From: Eledone cirrhosa | Taxonomy: Eukaryota | Length of the DNA: 64,000 nt | Direction: 5' to 3' | NCBI GenBank assembly: GCA_964016885.1 | Contig: OZ024740.1 | Coordinates: 71,672,001 to 71,736,000 of the forward strand | Shown here: in pieces, positions 18,961 through 32,970 of the stretch | Position numbering within the stretch: the stretch's first letter is position 1 | How the letters are laid out: the number at the start of each line of letters is the position of its first letter | Translations under genes and position numbers: made by a program | The notes under the pieces: generated by a model | Told to the model about the DNA's origin: nothing | Database searches by the model: none | The model's input: the letters and a program-made list of their open reading frames with translations, nothing else

Positions 18961-19959
18961 ATGTAATGTCAACTCACTCAACTATGTGACCATGTTGTTT
19001 GTATCCATTCACTCAAACACCTGACCATGTGTCTACTCACATAACCACCTGGTCATGTAATGTCCACTCACACAGACTACAGACAAGAGCCAAAAGAAAT
19101 TGCACAGGAACCAGATTCAGTTATCGTGTTGTCTGGTGCTATTGTCAACCTGGTAAATGGAACAAACTCAATGGTGATTGTGCAAAATTGATTCACAACC
19201 ATTGTCATTGCCAATAATTTCTCATCCAATGGTGGATGTGGTACAGAACAATATGACAATGAAAGATTTCACTGTCCTACCAATGAACAATTTTCATTGT
19301 ATGCTTCTCAAATTCCATGGGGGGGGGGGGGGGGGGTAAACAAAGAACACTGTTTTACTATTTGAAGATGAATGGAATACAAGTGACAATAAATACTGAC
19401 TCCATTTGAATGCAGAATTGTTTAAATTTAGTTGAGGTAAATTGAGTTTTATTGTTGGATATAATTGTTTCAAACAGTTCTTTAATGACAACTTTATAGA
19501 ATACTACATGGTAGTGGGAATATGTGGAGGCTGGAGAGAAATGAAGTGAGGATACTTTGATGGATGTGTAATGTGAATGACAAAGTATGGATGAAGTGAG
19601 AGAGAAACTGGCTATAAGAGGAATCAGATGTATTGTGCAAGAGAGATGACTGTGCTGGTATGAATATGTTATGTGCCTAGAGGATGATTGTTAGGTGAAG
19701 AAGTGCCAATCATAACAGATTACTATAACTAAAGTTTTCTTTAATAAGTTGTAACTGAAATGGAAGGAAGCTGCAGTAGAGGAAAACATGGGCAAAAGTG
19801 GTAAGAGCTGATCTCAAATCGCTGAAGCTCATGGAAGAAGAGATGACAAAGGATCACGACAACTACAGAGATGCTATACTGAAAAAGGCCTGTTCAACCA
19901 ATTCAAGCATAGAAAAGCAGGCAAAATGATGATAATGACTATCAATGTTTCATTATTTG

Positions 19960-20140
19960 TGGATGGCAGTATCGGTAGAGGGTCTGACGCCATGCTTTGC
20001 AGCAAAGAGTTACCTTGCCATTCTGAGTTCAAATCCCGCCGGGGTTAATTTTGCCTTTCATCCTTACGGGGTCGATAAAATAAAGTACCAATAATACACT
20101 GGGATAATTGCTGGCCTTGTGCCATAAGTAGAAACAATTT
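19960..20140 (+). mobile_element. tRNA-derived SINE with Meta-like central domain
   Basis: B box GTTCAAATC, then gcctttcatccttacggggtcgataaaataaagtacc. Further copies at 27440-27626, 28500-28860 (minus, tandem) and 40645-40761. Confidence 0.8.
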
Positions 20141-21599
20141 GTTGTTGATAACATTTGGAAATTTTGATAAAGAACCACTATCATACATTGTCTTCCATTC
20201 TGATGGTTTGGCTAGATTGTTGGATAACCAGCTCTTGCTAATACAATCTATATTTTGGCAGGGCTTCTATAGCTGGATGCCTTTCCTAATGCCAACCACT
20301 TTACAGAGTGTACTGAGTGCAATTTATCATGGCATCAACACTAGAGATATTGTGCTCAGCAACCTTATACTGTCATTGTTCAATCACTAACAATTTTACA
20401 GAATGTACTGGGCTGCATTTTAATTATGGCACTATCACTAGAGAAGTTGTCAGCTCTTTGACAAGACCAAAGAATCCTCTCTACATTACATCAACTTGGT
20501 CCATCAATCACTATCTAATTTTAAATTAGTCACAAAGACAAATATGTCATATATCCTGTAACATAAACATGAAACTTCGTTCAAGTATCAAATAATCAAT
20601 GTTATTTGAAGCTCTTCAATTTACAATCACATCTCAATGTTATAATCATCTTATGATCGATCAGTATCCATTACATATTGGGGCATGAATAACAGAACAA
20701 ATAAGCTGAGAGAAAAGAGGAACCAAATGTAGTGTGCAAGTGAGAGGATTGTGCTGGACATGTGATGCGCAAGGAAAACGAGAAAAAAGTACTTGTAGAT
20801 GAAGCCCGTGTAAGGGGGGAACCAAAAAAGATGCATTTGTGAAAAGTGATCTTCTCAACAAACTCAACCTCACAGAGCAGTTGACACAAGATCATGTTGA
20901 TAGGCTGCACTAGAGAGGACCCACTTACCAGAACAAGTACTGTCATGCTAAAAGTAAGTAAATATGGTGAGGGATTGGAGAATACCTGGAAAGGAGAGGT
21001 CCTTTTAACCTGCAGTGGATGAGCCAACATCTTTCGTATTGATGTTACGATGGATCTCAGGTAATACCTTTACCACTCCTGTAAAATGGCGGACAAACTG
21101 AGATAAAGGGTAGAGGTTGACAAAATCAACATGACCAAAAAGTCTACCCTTTGACCCTGTTAGTGGTTGGCGTTAGAAAGGGCATCAAGCTGTAAGAATC
21201 ATGCCAAAATATTGAACATATGAATAAGATGTGGTTCCTTGGCCTGTTGTCTAGTCTCAGACAGTGATGACCCATCCAACAAATGCAGACATGGAAAGCG
21301 AACGTAAAATGATTATAGTGGGTGGAATTTATTAAGACGCCACTAGGATATGTAGATTTTAAAATAACATTGACAAGTTGAGATAATTGTAACAATGTAA
21401 TTATAAATACTGGAATTGATATTATTATATTTTATCATGATCGTCTCATATCAAAGTAGAAATAATTTTAACTTAAATTTCTACATGGTTATTAAATATA
21501 ACAATAAAGTGTTGAGATTTAAAACTATTGTATTAATTCTTCCAGGGGTCAGTATTAACAGGAAATATGTCAGCCAACAAAGAAACACGCCAAAGTCCT

Positions 21600-21990
21600 G
21601 CTACTCAATTACACCTCTCAAAGGCGATGACACATGACCATGACCTCTGGCGTCACGCAGTAATACAGAGTACCCAACCTCCCATGGGTACAAGCTGAAG
21701 CATATAGACAATATGCCCCCACACCTTCCCACTGCAAAGTGGTCGTGGAGGTGCCATGGCAAAAAAGCACCCAGCCCACACTGTAAAGTGGACGTGTAGG
21801 CGCCACGAAAAAAAAGCACTGTAAATGAGGTTGGTGTTAGGAAGGGCATCCAGCTGTAGAAATCAAGCCAAAATCAGTTCCTGTATGAGCAAGGCATGGT
21901 CAGCCGACCAGACACTGCCCACAACAGGACAACCTGTCTAACCCATGCTAGCATGGAAGAACGGACGTAAAATGGTGATGATGATGATAT
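21600..21990 (-). mobile_element. SINE-like repeat of the ggatgcccttcctaacaccaacc family
   Basis: Near reverse complement of 8055-8420; further pieces at 497-612, 7745-7930 and 10700-10925. Confidence 0.75.
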
Positions 21991-21994
21991 ATCT

Positions 21995-23643
21995 AGCAAT
22001 CGCTGTCCCTCATCATAGCTGCCATGTCCTGCGTCTCCAAGAGACCAGTGTCTGTTCTTAGGGCATCAACATATGTTAACCTTGGTCTTCCTCTTTCAGT
22101 GTGTCCATGCAGGGGCTCCCACAGGAACACTGAGTGCAATGTCAACTCTGGATGCCGGTGAGCATGTCCAGCTAACCTCAGTCTCCTCTCGGGCTGACTT
22201 TTGGGAAGCTCCCGTACAGCTCTGAATTCTTCATCCTCAGTGTATACTGATTAATGTTCAGAGTCATCCTCAGCATTCTCGTGTAGCACCCATCCACCAT
22301 CTGAGTAAGTTTCTTGGTCAGTGTCCAAGTCTCAGACTGCACTACAGCAATGAAGAGACGGATCTTCAGGTCTTTTTGGCGCCTTCCTTCGAATTGAGAA
22401 CACTGAAGACAAGCATGTTAACTTCTCTCTAACCACCGATCATGGATCTGGATTATACCAATATGTAGAAGAATATTTACTAACCACAATTGTAACATGG
22501 AGCTACGTTTTATCATTACCTTTGTAATGGGAATTAACTCTCATTCGACATGGTGTTATGTAAAATAGCTTATCCTTTTCTTTATAAAATTTAGTAGTTA
22601 GATTCCGGTGACATTTACTCGAGTAAATAACTCTGGGTCTAACAATCTCAAGCTGCGGCACACCGCCCAGGCTTTGCTCTTCCTCTCGACCACATCATCT
22701 TCCATATTCCCAATCTTTGCTCCCAAATACAGGAAGTCCTCAACCAATTCTAGTGGCTTCCCACCTACATTCGTCTGGCTTCTTAATATTCTCTACCAGA
22801 TACTTTGTCGTAATCTCATTCATTCTCAGCCCCACACTCGACAGTCTCCACCTCCTGCATCAAATCCTCTGCCCCTTTCACTGTGTTTGTCACCAGAACT
22901 ATGTCATCGGCAAATTCAGCATCCGATCAGAGAGGAGCTTCAGAGAGCCAAGAAGAAGATCAAAGAGGGCAAGGCTCATGGAGAAGATGGAGTGACATCA
23001 GAGGTGAAGAGGTGTGATTTTGATGATATCATCCTGGAGTTCTGTAACCAGGCACTGGAGAAAGGAGTTGCCCTGAATCAGTGGAGGATCAGTAACATCG
23101 TCCCAGTGCCAAAGAAGGGAGATCTCTCTAACACCAACAACTACAGGGGGATCTCACTGACGTCACTTGTGGCAAAGACCTTCAACAGGACGATTCTTAA
23201 CAGGATCCAACCCGAGATGGAGAAGAAGGTCAGAGACAACCAGAACGGCTTCAGAGAGGGAAGATCAATCACCAGTCACAGCCTGATGCCGGGGAGGATA
23301 TTAGAGGGAGCTAGAGCAAAGTGCCTTCCTGTAGTCATGGTTTTCATTGACTTTAGGAAGGCCTTTGGTTCTGTGGACCATCACTGCCTGATGAAGATCT
23401 TACAGGCTTATGGAATCCCCAAGAAGATAGTGGACCTGATATCACTGCTCTACACCAACACCCAAGTCATTACACCTAATGGGATGACAAAGTTCTTTGA
23501 GATACTGGCCGGCATGCTCCAGGGAGATACACTGGCTCCTTACCTTTTTATCATCGCAGGACTCTGGCTTTACTGTAACACTGGTTCAGAGCAGGAGAGT
23601 TAAGGCAAAAAAGATATCAGATGCTGAATTTGCCGACGACATG
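21995..23643. mobile_element. RTE-like LINE with inverted 5' segment
   Basis: Plus-strand RT motifs at 22930-23643 (IVPVPKKGDL..NYRGISL, FIDFRKAF, GMLQGDTLAP, EFADD); downstream parts lie on the minus strand at 21995-22925. Confidence 0.85.
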
Positions 23644-24520
23644 TATACACACACACACACACACATAATGGTTACTATTTACTCTCCAACTTCGTCTGAT
23701 GGCGTTAATTTAGTAATGCGACAGCATACAAATATAGAGACACAAAAGGTGTACGTGACACACACGTGTCAAAGATGCATGCTAAATTAGTGTAAATAGG
23801 AGCAGCCAAAATAAAATGTATTGCATGAAATATAACAGAGACATTGATTGACACAGGCCAGACTACAGTACAGGTCGGAGAGTTGGCCTGGGCCTTACAC
23901 TCCTTAAGTTAGAGTTCTTTCCAATACACTTTCCAATTTGGCTGACGAAGGAAGTGGCAGTAACATCACCTTGCTTTGGGACACTGAGTACCAAGGAAGG
24001 TATTTGCAGTTTGCTATGTTTTACATAATATAATATATATAGGGGAGAGGGAGGGCACAGAATGTCTTGCCGTATTTATTTTGTGTCTCTGTGCTCCGAG
24101 ATCAAATCCCAGAATCGTTTATGTTACAGCATATGATCGTGTAAGAGAGAACTTACTGCGCCCCTCTAGAAATGGAGATGGGTTGATTAGGGAGGAAACA
24201 TCCCCGTAGAAAATCTGATGTTACTGAAACTAAGACTGTGTCATGTGTGTGCGTGTGTTCCAAAGAAAAAGGCGACAGTGACTTCGAAGTTTGATGTCTC
24301 TTCAAACTGCCTGAAGATGCATCAACGCTGAAACTTCGAAGTTACTGTCACCTTTTTCTTTGAAAAATAAATCTAATACTCTATTCACATACATTGAGTG
24401 CTCATCTAGTCAATGTATGCACGTTCTACATACACAGACATATATAAAAAAAAATACTGTATCGTTTTTCCTTGTTGACTTTTCATACTAGAACATAACA
24501 TATATAGCATAGAAGTGCAT

Positions 24521-24557
<37 letters not shown>

Positions 24558-26260
24558 CTCACGCAAACTTGGAAAATCGTAGCAAATGAATTAATTTACA
24601 AGCAAGAATTTGCAATCTTTAAAAATAATCCACCTAACATATTATAACAATAATTTTACAAACACCAATAATTCAATATTAACTATCTTACTGTATTGTA
24701 ATAAGCCAAAATTGTTTAGCAAATATATACTGATTAGCTAGATAAAAGACATATTGTAGTCTTCACAACGAATATATCTACATCGAGCAAATATTTCTCT
24801 CGGTGACATGACAGCGTGTTTATTTTTCGAGGTATAAAGCCATTATGAATATAGTCCGCAATACATTAACCACATAAATAACCATTTAAAAATTTAGCTT
24901 GAACGAAGCTTCCTTTTGGGTTGGGTTTGGGCAGCTGATTTCTTTCAGAAACAGAACATTTAATATATGGAGGTTATACTTAACAAAAAAGAACAGCAAG
25001 AATGTAACGAATTAAAGGTCTTAGCTAAATAAGTACCAACATTATGATCACTATACCTGATGGACTGATGGCGGTACACTGATTTAATACAAAAATATAC
25101 TTCACAAATCCTGTATGGGTTTGTATGTGTATATATATATTTGTTCCTTATACAATTGAGACAAGAGTAGTTAGATAAGAGGTTTGGCTAATACATCAAC
25201 CAAAGATACCAAGTTTTATCCGAGTACCTGTTGTTATAACAATAATAATAATTATGGCTTGTAATACTTCTAAGATAGAACAATATCTGGAAAGCAAAAG
25301 GAAATAACGTAGAATTATGTGGTTCAAATGCAGAAGAATGACAAAAACATTTCAAATAATTTTTAAATGCAACTGACAAAATATTTCGACATTTTTAAAT
25401 ATGGTCTAGCGATAATTTAGATATAATTTTGTCACCTAGTAATTAAAAAAAAATATTTAAATCTAAAATAAAATAGTGATCGGCATTTGATTCCATCTAG
25501 CATCTTTGTAGTTAAAAGGAAACAAATATAAATAGTTAAAAACAGAACGTACTTCGTCGGTTGAGTCGAGGATTGCTTCAGAAGATAGTAAATATAATGA
25601 AATTACTGCCAAAGCTATTTGTCTTAAAAGCATCAATAGTCGTCCAAATTATAAACCATAACTTCACAAGATTGAATTATGCAATGTGTTAAGACATGAT
25701 ACAGAAAGTTACATAAATACCAGTTTAAAATGTCTTTTAAAAGTCAATGCACTTAAATGTTTTGTTGTTTTTTTGTGTGTGTGTTATTTTAGAATTCACA
25801 TTATACTTCAGAAACAATTATAATGGCTTTTTTTCATCTTTCTTTTAAAACATCATATGACAAAGTTTTTTTTTCTGAAGGTTGTAAAAAGTAAAAAAAC
25901 AACAATCCAATTATCAATTAATTATATGGATCAGTAAATCGAAGCAATGTGACTTCTTTCATTACATTATTCGCAATTTAGTTAATATGTTCGTTTAAAA
26001 TTATATCTGAATTACATGTCTAATTGTTTAGAATAAGTAAAGTGGCAAAAAAATAAAACCGTGTTTTTGCTAAAAGGTTTATGTTAATAAATTGTGAAAT
26101 TTAAATTTAATATATTTCACAATATATTAAATGAATTAAAGCATAAACATTTAGATGAAAATGAATTAAAGCATAAACATTTAATCTATAAAAGTTACAA
26201 CAAAATACAATATTTGTCAGCATTAAAGATAAAATATTATTTATAAATGCAAAAACTCAC

Positions 26261-26420
26261 TGTTTGGATTTTTAAAGGGAATATCCTAGCATAAGAAATA
26301 TAGATGTGGATGGTTGTAACACGCGACAGAGCACGTGGTAAATTAAATGGAGCCACAGGACAGGATTACGTCCCACTTTTCGGCAGTCAACTGAAGAACG
26401 ACTGTTGACTTTAGCTGCAA
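26261..26420 (-). promoter_or_regulatory. Candidate TEX10 promoter / non-coding first exon with E-box
   Basis: GTGAGT donor at 26260-26255; CACGTG at 26332-26337; local CpG enrichment in unique AT-rich DNA. The first coding exon has an acceptor, so an upstream exon is required. Confidence 0.45.
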
Positions 26421-28499
26421 ACAGGTTTTATATTATTTTATAAGCCTGTTGTGCAGGGCAGTATTAAGGTGGCAGTCATGTATTATGTATTACCAAGTTC
26501 ATTGACAATATGAGTAGTGTAGTAAAAATAAAATAAAACGGATGTTCCTGTCGCCAATCAATTCTATGGTTGAGAAGGGGCTAACAAGATTTTCAGGGAT
26601 AAATGTATACAAAATTCATTTTGATTTTTTAAGCAGAGACGGAGCAGAAAAAATTGTCACATTAATTCTTTCTATAAATGTTATTGATGTGAACGAAGGG
26701 AAATAGCTACTTGAGAGAAATTCTTGTAACATTTTTCATGGCTGATTTAGAAGCACAATAATTTTTAAAGTAGCAGTTGATAGGAAGGAGATGGGGTTAC
26801 ATATGTTTATATTCTATAAATATATATATTTATTCCCTTGTTTCATACATGTAGCCGACTGTTTTATAATTCACTCGTAATTTCTAGATATTCACTTTGT
26901 TTACCGTTGCTCAGAACCAGAACTGGCACACATCAGAGGTTTATGTTTTAAATATAGTATTTATAGTTGGTAGAAATGGTTTAAATATATAAAATTGACT
27001 CCAGTACGTTATTGGTGTTTTATTTCATCGACTCCATAAAGAAGAACGGAATTTGTTGAGATATAAATTAATAAAAGTTATTGAAGTTTCCCACAAGCAA
27101 ATATAGATATAGTCATTGGTAACGCGAGTGATAATGTCTCTATGCTACCAAGTATAGTGCAAGTATTAAATACATAAAATGTCAGCTAGTTCTGTCCGCC
27201 CACATGCTTTCTCGTTAAATATAAATATTATTCATTAATACTGACCACCAGTTGTGGTTGTGTGAATGTAATAATTGTTTCAACGTTTGGCACAAGGCCA
27301 GCAATGAACCAGTGCATTACTGGTGCTTTATTCCATCCTTACGAGGTTGACAAAATAAAGCACCAGTAATGACTCAGAAGGGTCTTTACGCCTGGAGGAG
27401 AGGCACAGCTGGCCAAAAGTGGGATGGGGAGCGTGATTTCTACCGGTTATAATGTTATACGCTGTTCGGACGCCATGCTTTGATGCATAGTTACGGCCCT
27501 TGCCATTCTGAGTTCAAATCCCGCCGAGGTTAACTTTGCCTTTCATCCTTACGGGGTCGATAAAATAAAGTACCAGTAATGCACTGGGTAATTGCTGGCC
27601 TTGTACCAAAAGTAGAAACAATTATTAAAACAGCGACAAATTGCCAAGTTTTATGAAAATATTAATCTCGAAATCTGTTCTGCCGCAGGCCATAGAAAAG
27701 TAGTTTGTGGACTACAAGCGACCCACAGACCGCATATTTGAGACCCCTGGTCGACCGTCATGCGAACATATATAGTGAGCGCTATGAATATCTTTCAAGT
27801 AACGAAATACACCAACAAATTCAGTGATGCACGACAATTTCTTTAAAACATTATAGTGTTTTGTCGCCAGAGCCCTAACTGTAATGTTTGCTGAAGGTGA
27901 GCTGGGTGTAGCGTATTTGATGGCATATAGGATCCTCCAACATTCCTGGTAATATTAAAGAAAAACAATCAACCAGATCGTCAACTTTGCATATAAAATC
28001 CGAATGATTTGAGCCTTTGTAATTGGGGGGGGGGGGGGGTCTTATATGTCATTAAATATGGTATTTACATTTTTAAAATTATATTTCAGTGATGAAATTA
28101 CTTAAAGAACGGGAGCGTTTTTGGTTTTTAATTTCATCTTAATATTTCCAAAATAAAAATAGTCAAAATCTAGTTTATATCTCCGAGTTTTTCTTCAATT
28201 ATACATATAAAAGTTTATTAATTCAACAACGTGTATAAAAATATATAATTCATTGAACAATAATGATGAAGGAAAGAAAATAAGAGTGTGTGTATGTGTG
28301 TGTGCGTGGGTGGGGGTGAGGGGGGGGGTTCACTACCAAGTGCGACAATCGGCCGCACCTCACACCTAGGTGGTTAATTACACACTCTGACCTGTGTTTA
28401 GCCTCTCCCAAGGGGTTAGTCTCCTGAGCGTAAACAAATTACCACGGCTTGTCCCAGAGGCGGGAAAGCTCAGATTCGGTTTCGAATCTTCGCCGCCGT

Positions 28500-28860
28500 T
28501 ATAGTACTTTACTTTATCGACCCCGTAAGGATGAAAGGCAAAGTTAACCTCGGCGGGATTTGAACTCAGATCATAAAAGCCGTAACTCTATGCTGAAAAG
28601 CATGGCGCCCGACCTTCTTCCGATACTGCCAAAATAATTGTTTCTACTTTAGGCACAAGGCCAGCAATCACCCAGTGCATTACTGGTACTTTATTTTATC
28701 GACCCCGTAAGGATGAAAGGCAAAGTCAACCTCGGCGGGATTTGAACTCAGATCATAAAGGGACGTAACTATGCTGGAAAGCATGGCGTCCGACCCTCTA
28801 CCGATACTCCCAATCCACCGCCAAAATAATTGTTTCTACTTTAGGCACAAGGCCAGCAAC
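28500..28860 (-). mobile_element. Tandem pair of Meta-domain tRNA SINEs
   Basis: Two head-to-tail copies of the 19960-20140 family. Confidence 0.8.
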
Positions 28861-29815
28861 GCCAAAATAATGCTACTAAAATATGTTGCCTAGTAAATAA
28901 ATACATAATTAAATATTGAGGTGCCAACGAGTCGTTCAGTCTGCTAGAAATGGCAGTCAAGTTATGATCTACGTTTTTAAGAAAGAAGGGACTTGTTGGA
29001 TAATGTAGCTCCAAAGCAGGCTGTAACAGCTGGAATACCTTTGATCTTAGGTTTCTTCAATGAGGCCTCACCTGAAATAAATCAACAAGAACACTATCTA
29101 TACTGACTGCCAGGTCACCAAAAAGAACAATATATAACAAATATGTAGCTAACATCATGCTTGGCGGATACGGAAATATTGGGAGGAGGAGACTGTTCTG
29201 CAACTGTTTATTTGACATAGAAGATATTTTTTAATGAAATTTTAAAAATTTCAGTTATAACAATGCGTTCGATAAAAACTTTTTTTGTTGGTTCGATTCC
29301 CATTTTTTTCCATTATTTGGTTCATGTATCTATATACTTCTAAAATGTTGTGATTGTGTGCTTGTCTGTAATTTAATACAGTCAAAACTAATGGGAAAAT
29401 ACTTTGAAAGGAAATTGCCCTGAAATGGGAATACAAATGGAGTAAAACAAGTTTCGCGTAAATCGGAGCACGGGTTCGCGAGATACGGGGTTTTTCCGAG
29501 TACCTTCATAAATATAGAGAGAATAGATTGAAAGAGATACATATATATATATAGAGGGAGAGAGGGGGGTGGGGGACAGAAGAAAAATGGAAAAGAGAGA
29601 ACTAGTGGTGTTGTTTAAAATAATTATAACAGGTCACTTCAAAGGGACTGAATATTAAGTTATGTGTATCATATAACGTGTGTTAGGACAGGATGTGTGT
29701 AGCGAATATTTTCAGCTAAATAGGAAGGGTTTCTAAGTGTGTGTGTGTGTATATATATATGTGTGTATGTGTGTGTATATAGGTATATAGTGTATATAGG
29801 TCACAGACACCCACG

Positions 29816-29872
<57 letters not shown>

Positions 29873-30060
29873 GTACATATGTATGTATACGCACACATAT
29901 ATATATGGGCCTTCCAATTTCATTTTACATGATATACATACCTGTATATATCTTAATTATTTAAAATTATTTTTAAGTGAACATGAATTTTTAAAAAATA
30001 TTCTTAAGTGAACGTGACCCAACGGATCACGGGTGGTCGAGTATATATATATATATATAA

Positions 30061-32362
30061 TATTAAGGATACTATTTATGGTTATGTATATTTTAAACCT
30101 TAAACAGTGAAGGTCAGTAATTTATTACTACCTTATTACCAGTAAGATAAATAGCTCAATGCAATAACAACAGTAGTTCTACAGAGCAGTTATATAGAAT
30201 TCACAAGAATCAAAGCTATGTTCAAAGCATTTATTCACTTACAATTGTTTCATCCAAACCTAGGCTTGGAATCTTCGGAGCATTTTTCAATGTTTGTACA
30301 TATAATTGACCTCCTTTCCAACGCAAGAGACATACAGATACATATATATATATTGATGTACAGTGGAGTGACATATATTATACTATACTATATTTGTACA
30401 GCAATTCAAATTCAAAATCAAAATCAAAATCAAAATCAAAATTAAAATTAAAATCAAAATTAAAATCAAAATTAAAATACATTCGGCAAATAACACAGAT
30501 AATGCTAGAGGATAGTTTGATAGTCAGATCTAGTAGGTAGTGTATGCGTTAGTTACACATGGAGCATGCAAGTGTGTCTCATTTATATACGATTATTGTG
30601 TGGCAAGGTGTTACATGTAATGCAAGCACTTTAAGCGGGTAAGCAAGAGTATTATGGTGGTTGTAGTGGTAGGGTATTTTTTGTATAGATAAAAAAAAGT
30701 ATGTGTGCAGAGAAAGAAAAAGAAGAAGAAAAAGAAAGTTATGGTTTTCGTATCCACCACCATTTTCACATTCAGAAAAAGGAAGGGATAGTTTTTACAT
30801 CCATCACATAAGTTACGATGATTCCGTATTGAATGTTTGATGCATTAAATTATTGTATCGTATTGAGGCTCAGTGTTATTTAATCCATATTTATAGAATA
30901 GGTTCTTTCTGCTGCGAGAATTTACAGTGGTTTATTACCCGGAAGTAGGTGCGTAATTAAGGGGAGGTAACTAGCTGATTCTCATATCTAAATTCCTTGT
31001 TCTAACATACATTATATGGTGCCTCAATTGAGTCCCTTATATAAAAGGTTATATATTTATATCTAATTTTCAATTTTAAATACAGTCTACTCTATCATAA
31101 TGTATTAAAGGTATCTATAGGAAGTTGATTACTCTTTATTATATAGTGCTATAATTGAATTTTCCATACAAAGTGCCATATCTTTATACCAAAGTTCACT
31201 GCAAATACAGTCTACTCTCAAAACATATCAGAGGACCTATTAGAATTTTGTCTATATAACCCCTGGTGAGTTATGGAGCAGCGTATGGCTGTTTGCATGA
31301 CAAAACCAAATGCATCTCTAGGGTAGACAAATATATTCCTCATTTACAATGTCATTAATCTATCCATCAAGTTATACTTGCATATATAATTCATATATAA
31401 TTCATTGCAGCACCCTATATATAAGTTAGACAGATCCCTTATGTTAATAAATTAATCCTATATATATCTAATGTTATTACTCCATACATCTAATTACAAT
31501 TGCATATATAATTCACTGCCGTATCTAGTATTTAAAGTGTATATAGACTGTATTATATCACTATATAATTATAAGTAATTGAAAGTAATTATATTAAAAG
31601 TTTGTGTTTATGGGGATATTTCTAGGGTATAAAGTTATAGATAGCTGGAATGATTTGTGTCGAGGGAGGGTGGATCAGAGAGTGTGGTGTTGTGGTGTAA
31701 GGCATGTCCTTGCGGTGTGGTGTTAGAAGTGGTGATGGGTTCAAGTCTAACATTGTTATATATTGGGTTTAAAGTTTTGGAAGGAGTGCCGGAAGCGGTG
31801 CTGGCACGACGCAAACACTTCCGATTTTTTTATTAAGGAGGCTAAGGTTCGAGAAGATTATAGTATGGGTCTCTAGTAGACAGAGGTTACAGAATTTATT
31901 AGGTGGTCTGTACGATGCCGCCTTACCTATCACTTTCTATTTCTAGTTTTCAGATAGTGTATGTAGCTAGATAGTGAAGTGGAGTTGGCTAGACTGTGTT
32001 TTTTGAAAGAGTGGCAATGTGAATTGTATCTGGTTTTGAAGCAGTTCGAAGTAGAGCCTATATAGGTTTCAGAAGAGTTGCTAGTTCTGACGGTGCATGA
32101 GTAGATGATGTCCTTGATTAAGCAGTTTTTATGTAAAGGGCCGGTTTTATTAGATCTACAGTTACAACTATTTTGGATGTTAACCTGCGGGTTATTATGC
32201 TGTGTAGAAGTCTGGTTGCTAGGTATTGCATTATGGCTATGGGGGTTGTCGCTCTCAGTGTTATTGATTTCATTAGTGTTATTACTATTATTACTATTGA
32301 TATCAGGGTTTGCAGATATTACGTTGTTTTGAAAGTTTACCCCTTGCTGTGTTTTAGTTTGT
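30061..32362 (-). mobile_element. 5'-truncated Penelope-like element (Naiad-type) with long 3' non-coding region
   Basis: GIY-YIG remnant CNCR...IIYSCTV...YIGSTSNCFKTRYNSH at 31930-32362; hammerhead near the 3' end; abuts (TA)n. Confidence 0.85.
30234..30286 (-). ncRNA. Type I hammerhead ribozyme, CCGAAGA core variant
   Basis: tgct CCGAAGA ttccaagcctaggtttggat GAAAC aatt GTA agtg. Confidence 0.7.
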
Positions 32363-32960
32363 TTATATATGTACATGTACATATATATATATATGTGTGC
32401 ATGTATGTATATATATACATACTACTATACGTCTGTATACATATAGGTATGTACGTATACATACTTATATTTAAGTAACAGCCGTACTAAGAGTGAGAAA
32501 TGAAATTTCGTTTCATTTTTTCCATTTATCGTTTTCGGTGCGCCCGGCCGACTAACTCACTCGATATGCAAATTGGGTTGCTCAGCCGTTAATATGCATA
32601 AGGAAAGTATATACTTTCAGACGTTCAATCATTTGGCAGGAAGGTATACGATGCTGACGATAGCTAATAAGCTTAAAACTAGTACATCGTTCTTTTGTCA
32701 GTGTTGAACAAAAGGGCAGCGATGGTTGCTAAACACTGTACGGCTTAATTCGGGCTGTTTGTTTACAAACAAACCGAGCATTATAATAAATGTTCGGTAA
32801 ACCCATACGTACATATATATATATGTGTGCATGTATGTATATATATATACATACTACTGTACGTCTGTATACATATATGTATGTACGTATACATACTTAT
32901 ATTTAAGTAACAGCTGTACTAAGAGTGAGAAATGAAATTTCGTTTCATTTTTTCCATTTA
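32363..32960 (+). mobile_element. Small non-coding retrozyme-like element: ~150 bp direct repeats, ~430 bp period, internal hammerhead
   Basis: 32380-32528 repeated at 32811-32959; TA-rich flanks. Confidence 0.7.
32648..32690 (+). ncRNA. Minimal type I hammerhead ribozyme (G12 apparently mutated)
   Basis: acgatg CTGACGA tagctaataagctt AAAAC ta GTA catcgt; perfect 6-bp stem I. Confidence 0.7.
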
Positions 32961-32970
32961 TATATATATA

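Noticed and set aside
18568-18981. Cys/His-rich repeat ORFs (CPCNHLAM)n; CRISPR-like appearance
   Set aside because: Plain 24-bp tandem repeat with no spacers and no splice or homology support.
25044-25082. Box C/D snoRNA-like motifs (ATGATCA...CTGA...CTGA)
   Set aside because: Only about 40 nt from C to D box, imperfect C box and antisense to the host intron.
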